A stretch of 64,000 nucleotides of DNA from Ylistrum balloti. Taxonomy: Eukaryota. Location: NCBI RefSeq assembly GCF_031769215.1, contig NW_026782091.1:62001-126000 (forward strand), given 5' to 3'. Both the position numbers and the translations under genes were made by a program. Shown here one piece after another: positions 12,201 through 51,900 of this stretch. The stretch's first letter is position 1; every line of letters begins with the position of its first letter. Under the pieces are notes generated by a model that was not told the origin of the DNA, did no database searches, and saw only the letters and a list, made by a program, of their open reading frames with translations.

Positions 12201-14242
12201 CCTGTCTTTTGTTTCAGATGATAAGTGATCTCAACACATACCTACATAAAGCAGTTCCAGACACAAGACTTACCATAAAGAAATATCTGGATGTTAAGTT
12301 TGAGTATCTGGTAAGTGTCAGGATTAACTAAAGCTAAAACTAAAGTAACACTGAAATGCTGTTTTTTGTAGAATGATATAGAAATTGTCATAATGTCACC
12401 TTTTTATCACAGACAAGGTACCACATACTAAACATGTACAAGTAAAACATTCAAAATATAAGCAGTAAAGATTTACAGAATATATCTTCCTTGATTTTAA
12501 TTATCTTTTAAATTCCAATATAAAACAAATTATCTTGCAAGAGTAGCAAATAGAGTAGTGTGGGTGGAGTATAATTTCAAATGACAATAAAAGTGATATA
12601 AGGCACAGGCCAAACTGACAGCATGTAACACGTAGGCAAGGATCAGACAGAAATTTAGTTTATACTTAAACAGCTATATTGTATACAGTGTGCTGTATCT
12701 ACAAAATGGATAATGGGCAAATACTGATGTTTGATAGTCGTACCTTTTCTTTATAAAAAATCAGAGAATGGAGACAGGTTTTTATAGTAATATACAAAAT
12801 TACATATTGCAGTTACCATTGTAAAGTTTGAGTCATTGTCTTAGAACACAACACGTAGTGGTTAAAATATAAGTTTGGACTGGAGGACGTTATACATTAA
12901 GAGCTACATATAGGTGTACATTTTGTTTACTGAGGATGTCCATTGAAATATAACAATTTTGTTTGACAGGCTTATTGTCTTAAGGTGAAGGAAATGGATG
13001 ATGAGGAATATAGCTATGCAGCATTACAGGAACCACTGTACCGAGTGGAAACGGGGAACTATGAATACAGGTTAGTACTGTGATCTACTGTACCGAGTGG
13101 AAACAGGGAACTATGAATACAGGTTAGTACTGTGATCTACTGTACCGAGTGGAAACAGGGAACTATGTATACAGGTTAGTACTGTGATCTACTGTACCGA
13201 GTGGAAACAGGGAACTCTGAATACAGGTTAGTACTGTGATCTACTGTACCGAGTGGAAACAGGGAACTATGTATACAGGTTAGTACTGTGATTCACTGTA
13301 CCGAGTGGAAACAGGGAACTCTGAATACAGGTTAGTACTGTGATCTACTGTACCGAATGGAAACAGGGAACTCTGAATACAGGTTAGTACTGTGATCTAC
13401 TGTAAGGAGTGAAAACAAGGAGCTGTAAGAACAAATAGTGCACTCAATAAATGCATAATTATGAAGGTATGTGATTGAAACAGTATGTCCCATATATCAT
13501 GTTGTATTGTCTTAGATGAGACGACCTTTTATCTAAAGCAAAAAATGTTTCAAAATTTCAGGTTAGTGTTGCGCTGTCGACAAGATGCCCGTCAGAGATT
13601 CGCCAAAATGAGAGCCGACGTCCTTGTCAAAATGGAACTTCTAGACCAAAAACATGGTAAGTTGTCTAATGTCAATTCTATTCAGGTTTTCATTTTTTAA
13701 AGTAAGATATCTTCAAAAACTCTTTTCTTTGATTTTGAGTACTATCAGCATGTTTCGAATTATAAATCTTTCATTTGGTACCACATTCAAAAAGCTCATA
13801 GAACACAAAAAAGCAAAGAGTACAAAGAGTTGATTGTATCATATGTTTTACTTTTCCATTTGTAGTGAGTAGTGATTAAAAAATAAAATGAGCTTGAAAA
13901 ATGTAGAATATGCTTTACTGGTCCCTTCTAGTATTTTAAAAAAACTTGTATCAAAGTTTGATGTTTGTCTTTCGTTCTGTTCCAGTCCAAGACATTGTGT
14001 TCCAGCTACAACGGTTTGTGTCAGCAATGGCTAAGTATCACAATGACTGCCATTCAGTCATGAAGAAGGCTGTTGTGTTCCCCATAGAGGTGGATCTGTC
14101 TCGCGGCACATTCACATACGACACCACAAACCAGTTCAACGACGAAGAAGAAGAGGAAGAGGAGGATGGGATCGAGGGTACTGTGGAAACAGGGACAGAG
14201 GTTGGAGTCACAGAGACAAATGACCTTATCAGTACTGATTAG
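6231..14242 (+). CDS. PICK1: PRKCA-binding protein PICK1 (PDZ plus BAR/arfaptin-homology domain, acidic tail), about 414 aa
   Basis: Exons 6231-6280, 8953-9193, 9698-9764, 10187-10276, 11622-11738, 11949-12082, 12218-12310, 12970-13070, 13562-13656 and 13986-14242 (1245 nt, in frame). The translation includes EEDKLG, KDAQNLIGISIGGG, CPCLYVVQIFDNTPAA, ADALGLSRAILCNDGLVK, VREPQPAASEAF, PDTRLTIKKYLDVKFEYL, GNYEYRLVLRCRQ and VFPIEVDL, matching PICK1 nearly residue for residue. Confidence 0.97.
6865..6971 (+). CDS. PICK1: Alternative PICK1 N-terminal coding exon (MCDSTNYEYDLIPTFDPDEYDSDEGQFQMFYEEDRM)
   Basis: ATG at 6865, open frame, and a consensus donor AT|GTGAGT at 6971/6972 in the same phase (2) as exon 6231-6280. 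It ends in YEEDRM, similar to MEEDKL. Confidence 0.7.
7250..8230. mobile_element. Degenerate interspersed repeat in PICK1 intron 1
   Basis: Non-coding, with motifs (GACCTTTTGCGATCAC, GGTCAA/TGACC clusters, ..AGGCCACTAGACCTCTTGT end) that recur in other introns of this window. Family not assigned and boundaries approximate. Confidence 0.35.
13036..13405 (+). repeat. 52-nt minisatellite, about 7 copies, spanning the PICK1 exon 8/intron 8 junction
   Basis: Unit CTGTACCGAGTGGAAACAGGGAACTATGAATACAG|GTTAGTACTGTGATCTA starts at 13036, 13088, 13140, 13192, 13244, 13296 and 13348, with a degenerate partial copy at about 13400. The first copy is the coding exon end plus its donor. Confidence 0.95.
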
Positions 14243-17200
14243 GGGCCAGTGAAGGGTTGAAGGAAGGTAAAAAGTGAAAAAGGGGAAGTAGGAGAGGGGG
14301 AGAGCAAGTGCATGTCCTTATTTCTTACTTAATATGAATGAGTAAGGACTACTTCAAAGTTTTTAAAACCAATATACCAAAAAGAAATTCAGACTTTAAC
14401 AGTGATTGTTGATCAGGAGTTCTGTTATACTTAAAATGCTTAAGGTTTATAGGAATTCAGCAAAAATAAACAGAAATGAGGAAAGATTTCTCTCGACAAC
14501 AGGGCAACAACTGGATTGAATGTCTGTTAGTGTCACAAAAAGATGTTAAATTTTATGTATTTTTTTGTGGTTTAACAAACACAGATGACAAATGTGTATT
14601 AAATACTTTTTTATTATTAAGATGGGCAAAAGAAAATTGTGTGGTTTTCTGTTTTTTTTTAAAAGTTAATTATCTAAAGATTTTTCTAATTAACTGTTAG
14701 TGTTCAAATCATCAATGAAAAATCATATTGTGAATATTGTTCCCAATTAATACCATTATATCCAAATCCTGACTTCTTGAATTTTGTGGATATCCAATTT
14801 TATTTGATATATATGGCTCCAATATATAAGGTTTCTGTGTATTTAACCCTGCCACATCTGATAAAATGTGATATCCCACCATCATGTCAGGTTCTTGCGA
14901 ACCGTATTTCACTTTAGAAAAGATTTTTTCTTATTATTTATTTGAAGTCATCCATTCTATATGTGTAATGTATTTATCTGAAATTTCTACGCATATATGA
15001 TTGAATAATGATGTGAATGGATTGTGAGAACGACCGTAGACTTACAGTTGATGCGAAGTAAATGAAATGTGATTTCTAATCAGACGCTCTTTTCAGTCTC
15101 TGCAATTATGTTCAGCGAGAGAGATGATTTTTGCATCAATTCATTTATGATGAATTTATAACTTTCAGAGAGGTTCAGCATTGAAAAGTGTCATCTTTCA
15201 GAACTTTCCTTTGGAAGAAAAAAAATTGACATCGTGTTCATCAATGATAATCTTACTACTCGTACCAAACCATATCTGTACTTGAAGCAATAATCATGAA
15301 TCAAATGATAGGAATGTTAGTGGGTTTTTTTTAATCACACTTGTGTGTGTACAGTTGTTTTATTATCAGAAATCTAGACAAACGTGTACAATTCCAGCAG
15401 CCATTCATCTGTGACAGTTTATGGATATCAGTATTTTCTCTTCCTAGAGCATCATCTTCTTAGTGTGACTATACATGTATCAAAGTCATCAACATTGAGC
15501 ATGGTTGATTAGTTGGATTAGTGACCTGATTATGTTTGCAAGAAAAAAGGACCTGGTATCCTGAAGTGTGTTTTAATCCAGCATTTGGAGGCCTATTTTT
15601 GCCACGAAACAATGTTGGAGACTAGGCATTCTAGTTCTGAAGTAAACCTAAACTACAAAATAAACGTTATGTATGCTAATGGTGCCAGATATAACCAATG
15701 TTAGCTTCAGGACAAATCTTAATGAAGTACAAAGGTAATGTGACAATTCATAGGTATGACAATGTGTAGTCTGTTAACTACCTTTTGCTGCTGCACGGTT
15801 GAATGTCCATGTACCAAAGTGAATCCACATCAAATATTGTCAGTAGTTGGGCAAGTTACCACTGCCTATGTTCTAGTGACAGCTTACCCTGTGGTAAACA
15901 TTATATAATGAGGATGATTTCATAAAATATCTGACTACAACTAGTTCTCTATTTGAGTAACAAAGATAAATTCAGTTGATACATTGCATACCGTTATCAT
16001 TAATAAATCTGTTTCAATGTAATAGTTTCATGCTGACCTTCCATGTTCATCAGTGGTTGTGTTCAATTACATGGACATTTTTAAAACATTTTTTGTACAT
16101 GTATGTGAAAATTAGAAATCCAAAATATATTGTTTTGTAAATGTCTCCCTATAAAGAATCCAGCATTATGCAGTTTTATATGTATAAAATCTCAATCGTG
16201 AGTTTATAACAAATTTTGTTATAAATTTTAACATCGTAAGTCTGTATATCTATTAATGACTTGAAGAATCTCGGTAAAAACTTTTATTTGATAATGCTAA
16301 CTTAATAGAAATTAAATATTTGGTGTATACCTGTAACAGTCAAAACATTCCATTTACATTCCATCAACATCAATTTTAACTTATAATGCAAGAGCTATGT
16401 GCTTTTCTGAAGTAGAAAATATATTTCAATTTTTCTGACTTACATTGATAAACTGTTTATTGCATTCACACAAATACAAGAATGGTTTTAACAGTTAAAG
16501 TGAGACAAAGATTTATTTCTAGATATGTTATGACAAGGTTTATAGTGCAATAATACCGATTTAATTATGGAAATCTTGAAGAAATCGTTTGATACGTATG
16601 TTGAAACCATTTTCTTTGAACACTACAAAAGGAGAGATTTCATAGTTAGGGAAAGATATGCCTGTAGCAACAGTAGATTTTAGCTGATTGGGACTTGTTA
16701 GAAATCCATGAAAGAGTCATTCCAAATAAATTCATACATTATCAATATTTATAAACATTATAAAACGTACCTGTGAAATCTCTTTTAAAGTGCAAATTTT
16801 ACATTTTGTTTTGTTATTATTTTGTAATGTGTGAATGACATTATTTTCGTTGTGGAAGTATTGACCAAATGTTGTATTGTTTTATATTCTTCACTGTATA
16901 CTTACCTTATTTATGTTGTGATAGTATGTAAGGAATCTGTCTTTACAAATTGTTATTTTTGAAAGTTTTAAATGATGGCTTTCAATATTAAAAGTCACTG
17001 CAGATTATTGGATATTTAAGTCATATTTTTAGTCCACAATCATTAGATTGTAGGTACAAACACACTCTTTGCCTGTAGTCTGTCCGACCGTAAACAAAGC
17101 TTTAGAAATTGGAGCTTGGAGCAAAAATGATTGAGAGTAGAATGAACCCAATAATCAGAGAATCTTTACCTAGACCTTATCTTAGTTTCTTCGTCTTGTG

Positions 17201-19848
17201 GGTAATAGAGTAGCTTTGATTCTAAATCTAGTGGACCATAGATTAGAGTTTAGATAAGGAGATACAACATTGCTAAATTTGTTTTTCAGTTAGCGAGTTT
17301 CAAAGGTCATAGTGGATCTTATCCCTGTTTCTAAATCATGTGTTTCAGAAGAGTGGAGCTTATCTCAGTTTCAAGTCTTGTGGATCACAGGAGTGGACTA
17401 ATCATTTTCTCAGCCTTGTGAATTAGTGTAGAACACTCATGAAAGTTTGAGTCTTGAACATCAATATTTTTACATGTAATAACTAATGTTAGCCATACAT
17501 CTTCCCATCATTAGCCCTGCAATTGAATTTTGACTTCACCATAATTCTTGAAAGATACTTACTTGGTGTTACCTGTACATAGCCAGGTTTCAGAAGGGAG
17601 ACAACTGATAAATTTATTATTGCGAAACTTCAAATGGGGGAGCTCAATCCATATCAATTCTTTTCTAAATCAGTAATATTGTCAAACACAAGTGTAATGA
17701 TATGAAAACTGATGGTGTCGTCACATAGGCATATTAAATCAAGAGAGGTAAATAATCTAATGAGTTGTGCTTGGAACAGGATATAAATTAAAAAGATTTT
17801 TTTTTTAAACATTTTTTAGAGGTCATCTTCCTATCCACATTATTTATCACCAAACCTCAAACTGGCATTGGGAACTGGTTCCACCAAACAGAAACTATAT
17901 CCCAGTAGATATTTCAACAGGATGTTTATGACCTTTGACACCAAAAAGTTCACGATCGACAAGATACAATTAAACTAATGTAGACACAAAAGTCGAAGTC
18001 CAAAATTCAACAACAACAACAACAAAAAAAAAAAAAACCCATCAGAAACACAAACCAAATATTAGGAACCTAGTACACTTACAAAGGAGTTGACTGATGC
18101 CTTTCAACAACTGCAACCAACCCCAACATCAACGTCGGGATGAAAACATAGTTTCCCCTTTCATCAATGTGCGACTAAAAATGTTTCTGGTGGCAACAGG
18201 GTATTTACATTTTTTTATGTTATGGTAAGGTAAGGTAATATGAAAAAGGAGATAAATTAGTGATACTTCATTTCAGTACCAAAACATGAGGGATAATGGG
18301 GTACAGCTGAGTAGTAGCAAATGTTTGCATTTTCTGTCTGTCCTGAAGTCAGTCCAGTTCTATGACTGAAAATTTACCATATATAATGTATTACTTTATG
18401 GACATCCAAATATGGAACTTAATACAAAACATTTTAATGGATTTGAGATATTTGCTTGCCAACTTCTCTTATATCCATGATTTCTTAAAAAAATAAAGTT
18501 ACTTTATGTACATTTTAGGTAGGCCACTTTCAGAATGTATAGATATAAAGCACTCGCATATCTGGTTATCTTATTAAACCGTTTGACATCCTGTAATTTG
18601 CAGAAAATGTTACCGGTATGAAAAAAAGAAAACACAATTTGATTACAGTCTTGTAAATTTATTTTTGAACCAACAGAAGAATAGATTATGAAATAACAAA
18701 AGGATTGCTTTTATAGATAAACAACATGATGAAAATAAATATATTTATCAACATGAATACAATATTGCATAGATGTATATTTTATAGGAATAACAAAAAA
18801 TTTCTGCAAAAGTGCCTTCCACCATTTTATTTGCACATTAATCACACTTTGCAAGAGAATGTGAAGAACTTGGAAGTAGGACTCACTAGGTAGTATGTTT
18901 CATATTGTTTCACATTGTCCGACGACATCCACAAAGTATGAAGCCATCCAGATCATGCAATGATTTGACCCCTGACCTATTACATGTACTTTGACCAGGT
19001 TTTGGTCTTCTCCTACATTTTTATACACAGACAAAGCTATCCATATTTCCTTAAAATGGACAAGTGTAAAAAAATAACTTTCATCCTATGATTTTGCTTC
19101 AAAGGATAGAAAAAACAAGTTGCATGTTCTATCATGATTGTTCAATGGATTGTGTCGAGAGAAGTAACTTTTTCCAGTTGACTGTCTGAAATGTAATCTT
19201 TAACATTGTTTCCTCAGTATCAAAATATTATATCTGCAGCAAATCAATATGCAAGGATAACAGGAATGAATATCATACATTCCATTAAAAAAAGTTTATC
19301 CTCCAGAAATACTATCAGATTTTTTAAGTCACCACATTTGGTGCTTAGATACAGGTATGACTACATTCTTACAGCTGCAAGTCCCCGTAACAACTCTGCC
19401 AAAATTACACAGTGATTTTCTAAGTGTTTAGGTCACCACATGTTGTGCTTGTCTACAGGTATAGCTTTACATTCTTACAGCGAAAGTCCCATGTAAGAGC
19501 TCTGCCAGAATTACACTGGCTTTCTCAGTTCTCAAATCACCACAATTTCTATTATGTTTCAATAAAATCCTCAAGCAGTTTTCAGTCACCACAAGTGGTG
19601 CTGTGCCAATTAGATGTTCTTTCTTAAATTCCGACAGCTTAAACTTGGCACAGCAGCTTGTACGAGTCCTCCACTACCTATGAACAGTTTTAAGTCACAT
19701 CAAGCTGTGCTTTACAAGTTGCACAGATTTCTCACAGTTCATCTCTGTACATTTCAAGTAATACTCCAAAAACTTCCTCACAATGTGTAGTGACTGTGAG
19801 CTAATCTTATTGTACTCCAACTCCAGGTTGTAGTCTACATTACCATGG

Positions 19849-45460
<25,612 letters not shown>

Positions 45461-45891
45461 AATGAATTCTTTTTGTCACAGAAGCCAAAATCCAAGTTTC
45501 TGTTTCAATTCATTAATGGTTCCTGCCACTGTTAAGAAATAAAAATTTTAATCAAATCCATTTATTTCAATTAATAATAAATGAGTTTAAACAGTTTCCA
45601 TTCTTCAATACTGACCGAGTTCTAGAATATAATAATTAGAAGGCAGTAAAATCTACAAACAATGTTATATTTTTTTGAAATCTTGTAAATTCTTCATTTT
45701 CTTGTTACTCTTTTTATTTCATTTCTACTTGGAAAACAGTTTTTGTTATAAAAACATAGACTATGCAAAGGACAGATAGGAACAAAGCAACTGTTCATAG
45801 CTGTTTTCTCTGGGAAAAATAAGAAGTTAAATGGAAGTCTTGAATGGTATAATGGCATACTATATTTCAGGGGTACAGAGAATATATAAGT

Positions 45892-46028
45892 CAGGGCTCT
45901 CGATCTGCCAGATTTATCGGCCCCATTCCCAATGCAAAATAGTATCTTTTTTTCCCAATTTAGACCCGACGTTTTCCCAATTCTAAGGAAAACACCATTA
46001 TTTTTCCCAATTCTACGAGAGAGCCCTG
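45892..46028. mobile_element. Small hAT-like MITE (CAGGGCTCTC...GAGAGCCCTG)
   Basis: 10-nt perfect TIRs and internal TTTTCCCAATT repeats. It is flanked by a TAAGT direct repeat of only 5 nt, where hAT elements normally give 8. Confidence 0.6.
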
Positions 46029-47101
46029 TAAGTATTTGTCTTCCGAGCAAGACTCACCTCAATACCATGAAGTTGAAAAGTTACCATAGAAAAAGAATAA
46101 CTAGCATAGATTGAATTTACTTCTAAGTATCTCCATCAGTATTCAAGCAGAGGATAACACATGGAATATAATGAAAAATGAAGTCGTCAATCTCCTCCAG
46201 AGTTTAAAAATTCTCTGCTGTTCCTGCAGAGAAGGTTACAACATGTCATATGAATTTGTGTCATCTATATGAGATTTCAAGAGAGATACTTCATGATGTA
46301 GTTATGATGCATTAGTTATTAAACAAGGGCAATAACTCTTTAATAAAGACAGAGAGAAGCAAAGTTAATTCATACTTTCACCTGATCATACCATTTACAT
46401 TGACAAAGTCTTCAGTATATTGAAGGAGGTCGATATGTCATACTTTCACCTGATCTTGTCACAGCTGCCACTCTAAGAGGTTTCAAAACCGACCTCCTAA
46501 CCTCTGCTTAATGTTTATTTTATTTTATTTTATTTTTCTCTTTCCCTTGTTTATTGCATACACCATTTATATTGACACAATCTTCAGTATATTGGAGGTC
46601 GATACGTTGATGAATTCAGATTGGATTCTGCTGTTCTGTTAGGAATATTTCAATAAGTGTCATATGGATTACAATGATATGTTACGACATGGAATTAAGA
46701 AATACAATTTAGACAAACTTTTCCTTCATATATCGATGCACTGCAGCTTTGCAATAGCAACGTTATCGTATTGTACTACAAGACTACACCCTCGTTCAAA
46801 TGAAATGTATTGTTGCCTTTGTTTTATTTTATCTACCATCGGTACTGACCCCGTCTGTCAATACACTCTTTATCAATTCTTTGAGAACAAACCAGATATC
46901 TACAAAGTATGGAGCAGGCACACCTTTCGCCAATAGGTATATGCTTTGCTGTTCCATCTTTCACGATAACTTGTTTATCAAGTGTTAGCAAAATACTATT
47001 TCTTTGTCTCTGTTGGACACAAGAAAAATTCAGTTTTTTATTCCACATAACCGAAAGACTAACAAGACAAAAGATAAAAGAAAACATGCAAAACTACTCA
47101 C

Positions 47102-47200
47102 CTTCTTGTCCCGATTGTTAGCTTGAGAATCCGGTGCATGGCGCACGTGCGTTTCACATCGGTTATTTTCGTTAATTTCCGTCAACGTAAAGCAACGTGT
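47102..47200 (-). promoter_or_regulatory. Probable non-coding first exon and promoter of the FAS-like gene
   Basis: Consensus minus-strand donor AAG|GTGAGT at 47102/47101 in a CpG-enriched patch. It contains the palindrome CGCACGTGCG (E-box, 47142-47151). An acceptor at 45528 precedes the ATG. Confidence 0.5.
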
Positions 47201-47852
47201 ATCGATATGCAGACTGAACATTACCAAAATCCAATCAAAAGTGGACGAAAAGAAATCGGATTTAGGAAATTTAATATGCGATTTTCATAATACTTATCAT
47301 ATACGTTGTGATTTGGCAACTTTTATTTAGACGGGGATTTTCTACTTCGATTGTTTTTTGTAGAGTTTCTTTAACCTTAACGATAGAGTAAACGAAACAT
47401 ATACAAAGATGAGTAAATGCACATATGGATTATTGAGGATGGAGAGAAAACTGACTTCCTCTCCTTTCTTCCATTCTTTCCAAGCCATCCTAAAATTATT
47501 ATATGCACATCTAGGGACTAAGTAACATACGATGTACATAATAACATGGTATTATTGAATTACATTGAAGTATCTTTCAAGAATTTTTTTTACAAACTTG
47601 TACTTATTTGTATATGCCATTTTGTATTCCACATTAATTGCATAATCAAAAATACATTTGAAATTGTGTAGGGTAGGCAAGTTAGCATAATCCACTGGTC
47701 TAGGGGACGTAACTCTGTTGTAGCTCCGTTTTCATTTGGAACTCTTCTAAAAAGGAGGAATAAAAAGTTGATTTTTTGGCCTGAGACAAATGATGAAAGT
47801 CGTTTCTTTGTATTCCCCAATCCCGACAGATGATTATACCCTCGCACGCAAC

Positions 47853-48405
47853 AGTTCACAGCATCTGTCTCCGACGTGTCGTAGCTCTCAGCATCTGTCT
47901 CCGACGTGTCGTAGTTCACAACAGCTGTCTCCGACGTGTTGTACTTCACAGCAGATGTCTCCGACGTGTCGTAGATCTCAGAATGTGTCTCCGACGTGTC
48001 ATAGTTCTCAGCAAATGTCTCCGACGTGTTGTAGATCTCAGCAGCTGTCTCCGACGTGTCATAGTTCACAGCAGCTGTCTCTGACGTGTCATAGTTCACA
48101 GCAGCTGTCTCCGATGTGTCATAGTTCACAGCAGTTGTCTCCGACGTGTTATAGTTCACAGCACGTGTCGACGTGTCGTAGATCTCGGCATCTGTCTCCG
48201 ACGTGTTGTAGTTCACAGCATCTGCCTCCGACGTGTCGTAGATCTCAGCATCTGTCTCCTACGTGTCGTAGTTCACAGCATCTGTCTCCGACGTGTCGAA
48301 GAGATCTCGGCAAATGTCTCCGACGTGTCGTAGTTCACAGCAGCTGTCTCCGACGTGTTGTAGTTCTCAGCAGATGTCTCCGACGTGTTGTAGTTCTCAT
48401 CAGCA
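47853..48405. repeat. 30-nt CpG-rich minisatellite, about 18 copies
   Basis: Unit approximately GTCTCCGACGTGTCGTAGTTCACAGCATCT. One copy is shortened by 3 nt and one lengthened by 1 nt. Confidence 0.95.
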
Positions 48406-48980
48406 GCCACGCTTACACCGACGCAATTAAAGTACAATTGTTAAAATAACAGAGCTTTTGATCAGAATATGGTACAAATTAGGAAGTGAGGAAGCCAGGA
48501 GTGCGGGTTTTCTTGTTTTGACGAAACAGGTCAACCGATGTTTTCTGGTATACAAATATTCGTTGTTTAAATGTAGGATTTCATTTCGATGTTTGTTGCA
48601 TGTTGTTCTTGCATATCTTGCTGTTTAGCCTGGTCAAGAATAGTTTACCTCGTTTGCGATTAAATTAGTTTAAACATAAAATTAAGAAAGTCAATAAGAT
48701 TAAAACACATTCAATTTTAGGGACTATAAGTCCAATTTAAAGTTCATAAATCTGTGAACTCTTCTGCGAACTTAAGTTATAAAAGGTTAAATAGTGGAAT
48801 AAAATTTATCATACAAACAGCTGCTTGGACATTTAAAATGTGGATGGACATTAAATGAAAGTCTGCGTAAGTCTTAAGCCGGTGAAATGTGTTGCACAGT
48901 CGTACTTCGCACTAAATCGCAGTGTAGTGAGCCGAAACAAACTTTTATCATATTGCACGTTCTCCTTTCTCAGTGCGAAC

Positions 48981-51900
48981 ATGGCGTCAATAACTGTGTT
49001 CCTGTTTTTAATGGTTGCAATAGTGTCAACTTCTATGGCTAAACGACGTCGCTGTCAACAAGAGTGAGTATTGTTTATAAATCATCATCGTTGTCGACGT
49101 CGTCTCGTCGTTTTGAATGAATTTTTTATGATTTATAATACTTTCATTAACTAATTGATGAGTAAGATACCGACATGTTGGCAAATTAGTAATTCAAACT
49201 CAAAACTAGCATGCAAAATGAACAAAGGAAACATTAATTTACACGGAGGCCATTGGCAAGGTGCACGGAGAATAATATCGGGTGTTTCGGAAGTTAAGCG
49301 TCTTATGCATCATCGACGACACTTTTCGATTTGTGGGTTTACGCGCCACTCTTGAACTCCAGAAATTGAAGACATTGGCTGTATTGCATTCTCATGTTAG
49401 TGACCTGTATTGTGACGTCATAAAACATATATGATACGGTGACGTTTCATAAGAGACAATTTGTACAACATACAATAAGGCACTTAACTCAAACTCCACA
49501 AACAGTTGCTTTCTTAGGGCTGTGGCAAACTTACTCCAGCCTCGAACAACACGTGGACATTATCCGAAACAATACTGGCGACCTAACGCTCTTTCAGATA
49601 TATAGTTTTGAAACTGTTATAGAGAAGCATAAGTTATTTTGGAATTCCATAGTTTAAAAAATTGAGAGCTGTGAATTTAGAACGTAAATATGCAATATGG
49701 ATATAAAAAGATGTAACCTATAGGCGTTCACATAATGAAATGTTTAAAACAGTTCTATACATATTCCACATAGTGCTATATCGATACAAAATACCTAATT
49801 CCTCGTATGACATAAATTACATCATGGTTACCATTTCATGTACTAACATATTGATAAGTATGATTTTACTTTTAGAAATCAGATTAACAAGTGGGATACA
49901 GTGTAGTTCATTAATGTCGTCTCGTAGGTGTTTCTTATCTCCCTTTGTTATATGTGAAGACACGATAACAGATACTATCTTTATAATGTTTCTAGATCGT
50001 TGATCTATAGTTTCGATTAAACGTGATTATCGATATCATGATTGTAAATGATTAATCTATGTGATATATTTGATCAGCTGTGATTGTCGGATGTCAAAAG
50101 GACACAGATGTGTGTACAGACAGGAACGTAACGGGCTATTTCACTGCTCTCTGAAACCCGGATCTGAAAAAGATGGTTGTTTTTGCTTGAGAAGTAAGTA
50201 ACGTGTAAAATATAACTAAAACTTCGATAACTCGAAGTCGTCGATGTCGTGAAAAACTTCGATTTATTCGAGTAATCAAGTTTAACGAGTTTCAACGTTT
50301 GATATAAGATTTTTATATCATATGTAGACTTCGGAAAAAAACTAATGCTATTTGGATTATTGGACTGATAATGTTGTAGGTTGTGTTATGACGGACTGAT
50401 AATGTTGTAGGTTGTGTTATGACGGACTGATAATGTTGTAGGTTGTGTTATACCGGACTGATAATGTTGTAGGTTGTGTTATACCGGACTGATAATGTTG
50501 TAGGATGTGTTATACCGGACTGATAATGTTGTAGGATGTGTTATACCGGACTGATAATGTTGTAGGTTGTGTTATAACGGACTGATCATGTTGTAGGTTG
50601 TGATATGATGGACTGATAATGTTGTAGGTTGTGTTATACCGGACTGATAATGTTGTAGGTTGTGGACTGATAATGTTGTAGGTTGTGTTATGATGGACTG
50701 ATAATGTTGTAGATTGTGTTATACCGGACTGATAATGTTGTAGTTTGTGTTATACCGGACTGATAATGTTGTAAGTTGTGTTATGACTGATTGTAAATGT
50801 TGTAGGTTGTGTTATGATGGACTGATAATGTTTTTGTGTTATAACGGACTGATAAGATGTTTTGTTATAAGTTGTGTTATGATAATGTTGTAGGTTGTGT
50901 TATGATGGACTGATAATTAGATTGTGTTGTAGATTGTGTTATACCGGACTGATAATGTTGTAGGTTGTGTTATACCGGACTGATAATGTTGTAGATTGTG
51001 TTATACCGGACTGATAATGTTGTAGGTTGTGTTATACCGGACTGATAATGTTGTAGGTTGTGTTATACCGGACTGATAATGTTGTAGGTTGTGTTATACC
51101 GGACTGATAATGTTGTAAGTTGTGTTATGACTGATTGTAAATGTTGTAGGTTGTGTTATGATGGACTGATAATGTTGTAGGTTGTGTTATACTGGACTGA
51201 TAATGTTGTAGGTTGTGTTATACCGGACTGATAATGTTGTAGGTTGTGTTATACCGGACTGATAATGTTGTAGGATGTGTTATACCGGACTGATAATGTT
51301 TTACGTTGTGTTATACCGGACTGGTAATGTTGTAGATTGTGTTATACCGGACTGATAATGTTGTAGGTTGTGTTATACCGGACTGATAATGTTGTAAGTT
51401 GTGTTATGACTGATTGTAAATGTTGTAGGTTGTGTTATGATGGACTGATAATGTTGTAGATTGTGTTATACCGGACTGATAATGTTGTAGGATGTGTTAT
51501 ACCGGACTGATAATGTTGTAAGTTGTGTTATGACTGATTGTAAATGTTGTAGGTTGTGTTATGATGGACTGATAATGTTGTAGATTGTGTTATACCGGAC
51601 TGGTAATGTTGTAGGTTGTGTTATACCGGACTGATAATGTTGTAAGTTGTGTTATGACTGATTGTAAATGTTGTAGGTTGTGTTATGATGGACTGATAAT
51701 GTTGTAGATTGTGTTATACCGGACTGATAATGTTGTAGGATGTGTTATACCGGACTGATAATGTTGTAAGTTGTGTTATGACTGATTGTAAATGTTGTAG
51801 GTTGTGTTATGATGGACTGATAACGTTGTAGATTGTGTTATAACGGACTCATTATGATGTAGGTTGTGTTATGATGGACTGATAATGTTGTAGATTGTGT

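Noticed and set aside
47590-48449. Repeat proteins of 208 aa (-) and 219 aa (+)
   Set aside because: These frames are a by-product of a 30-nt (3n) unit. The minus frame has a TAG within the array (about 48258), a 1-nt insertion shifts frame near 48300, and there is no signal peptide or splice support.
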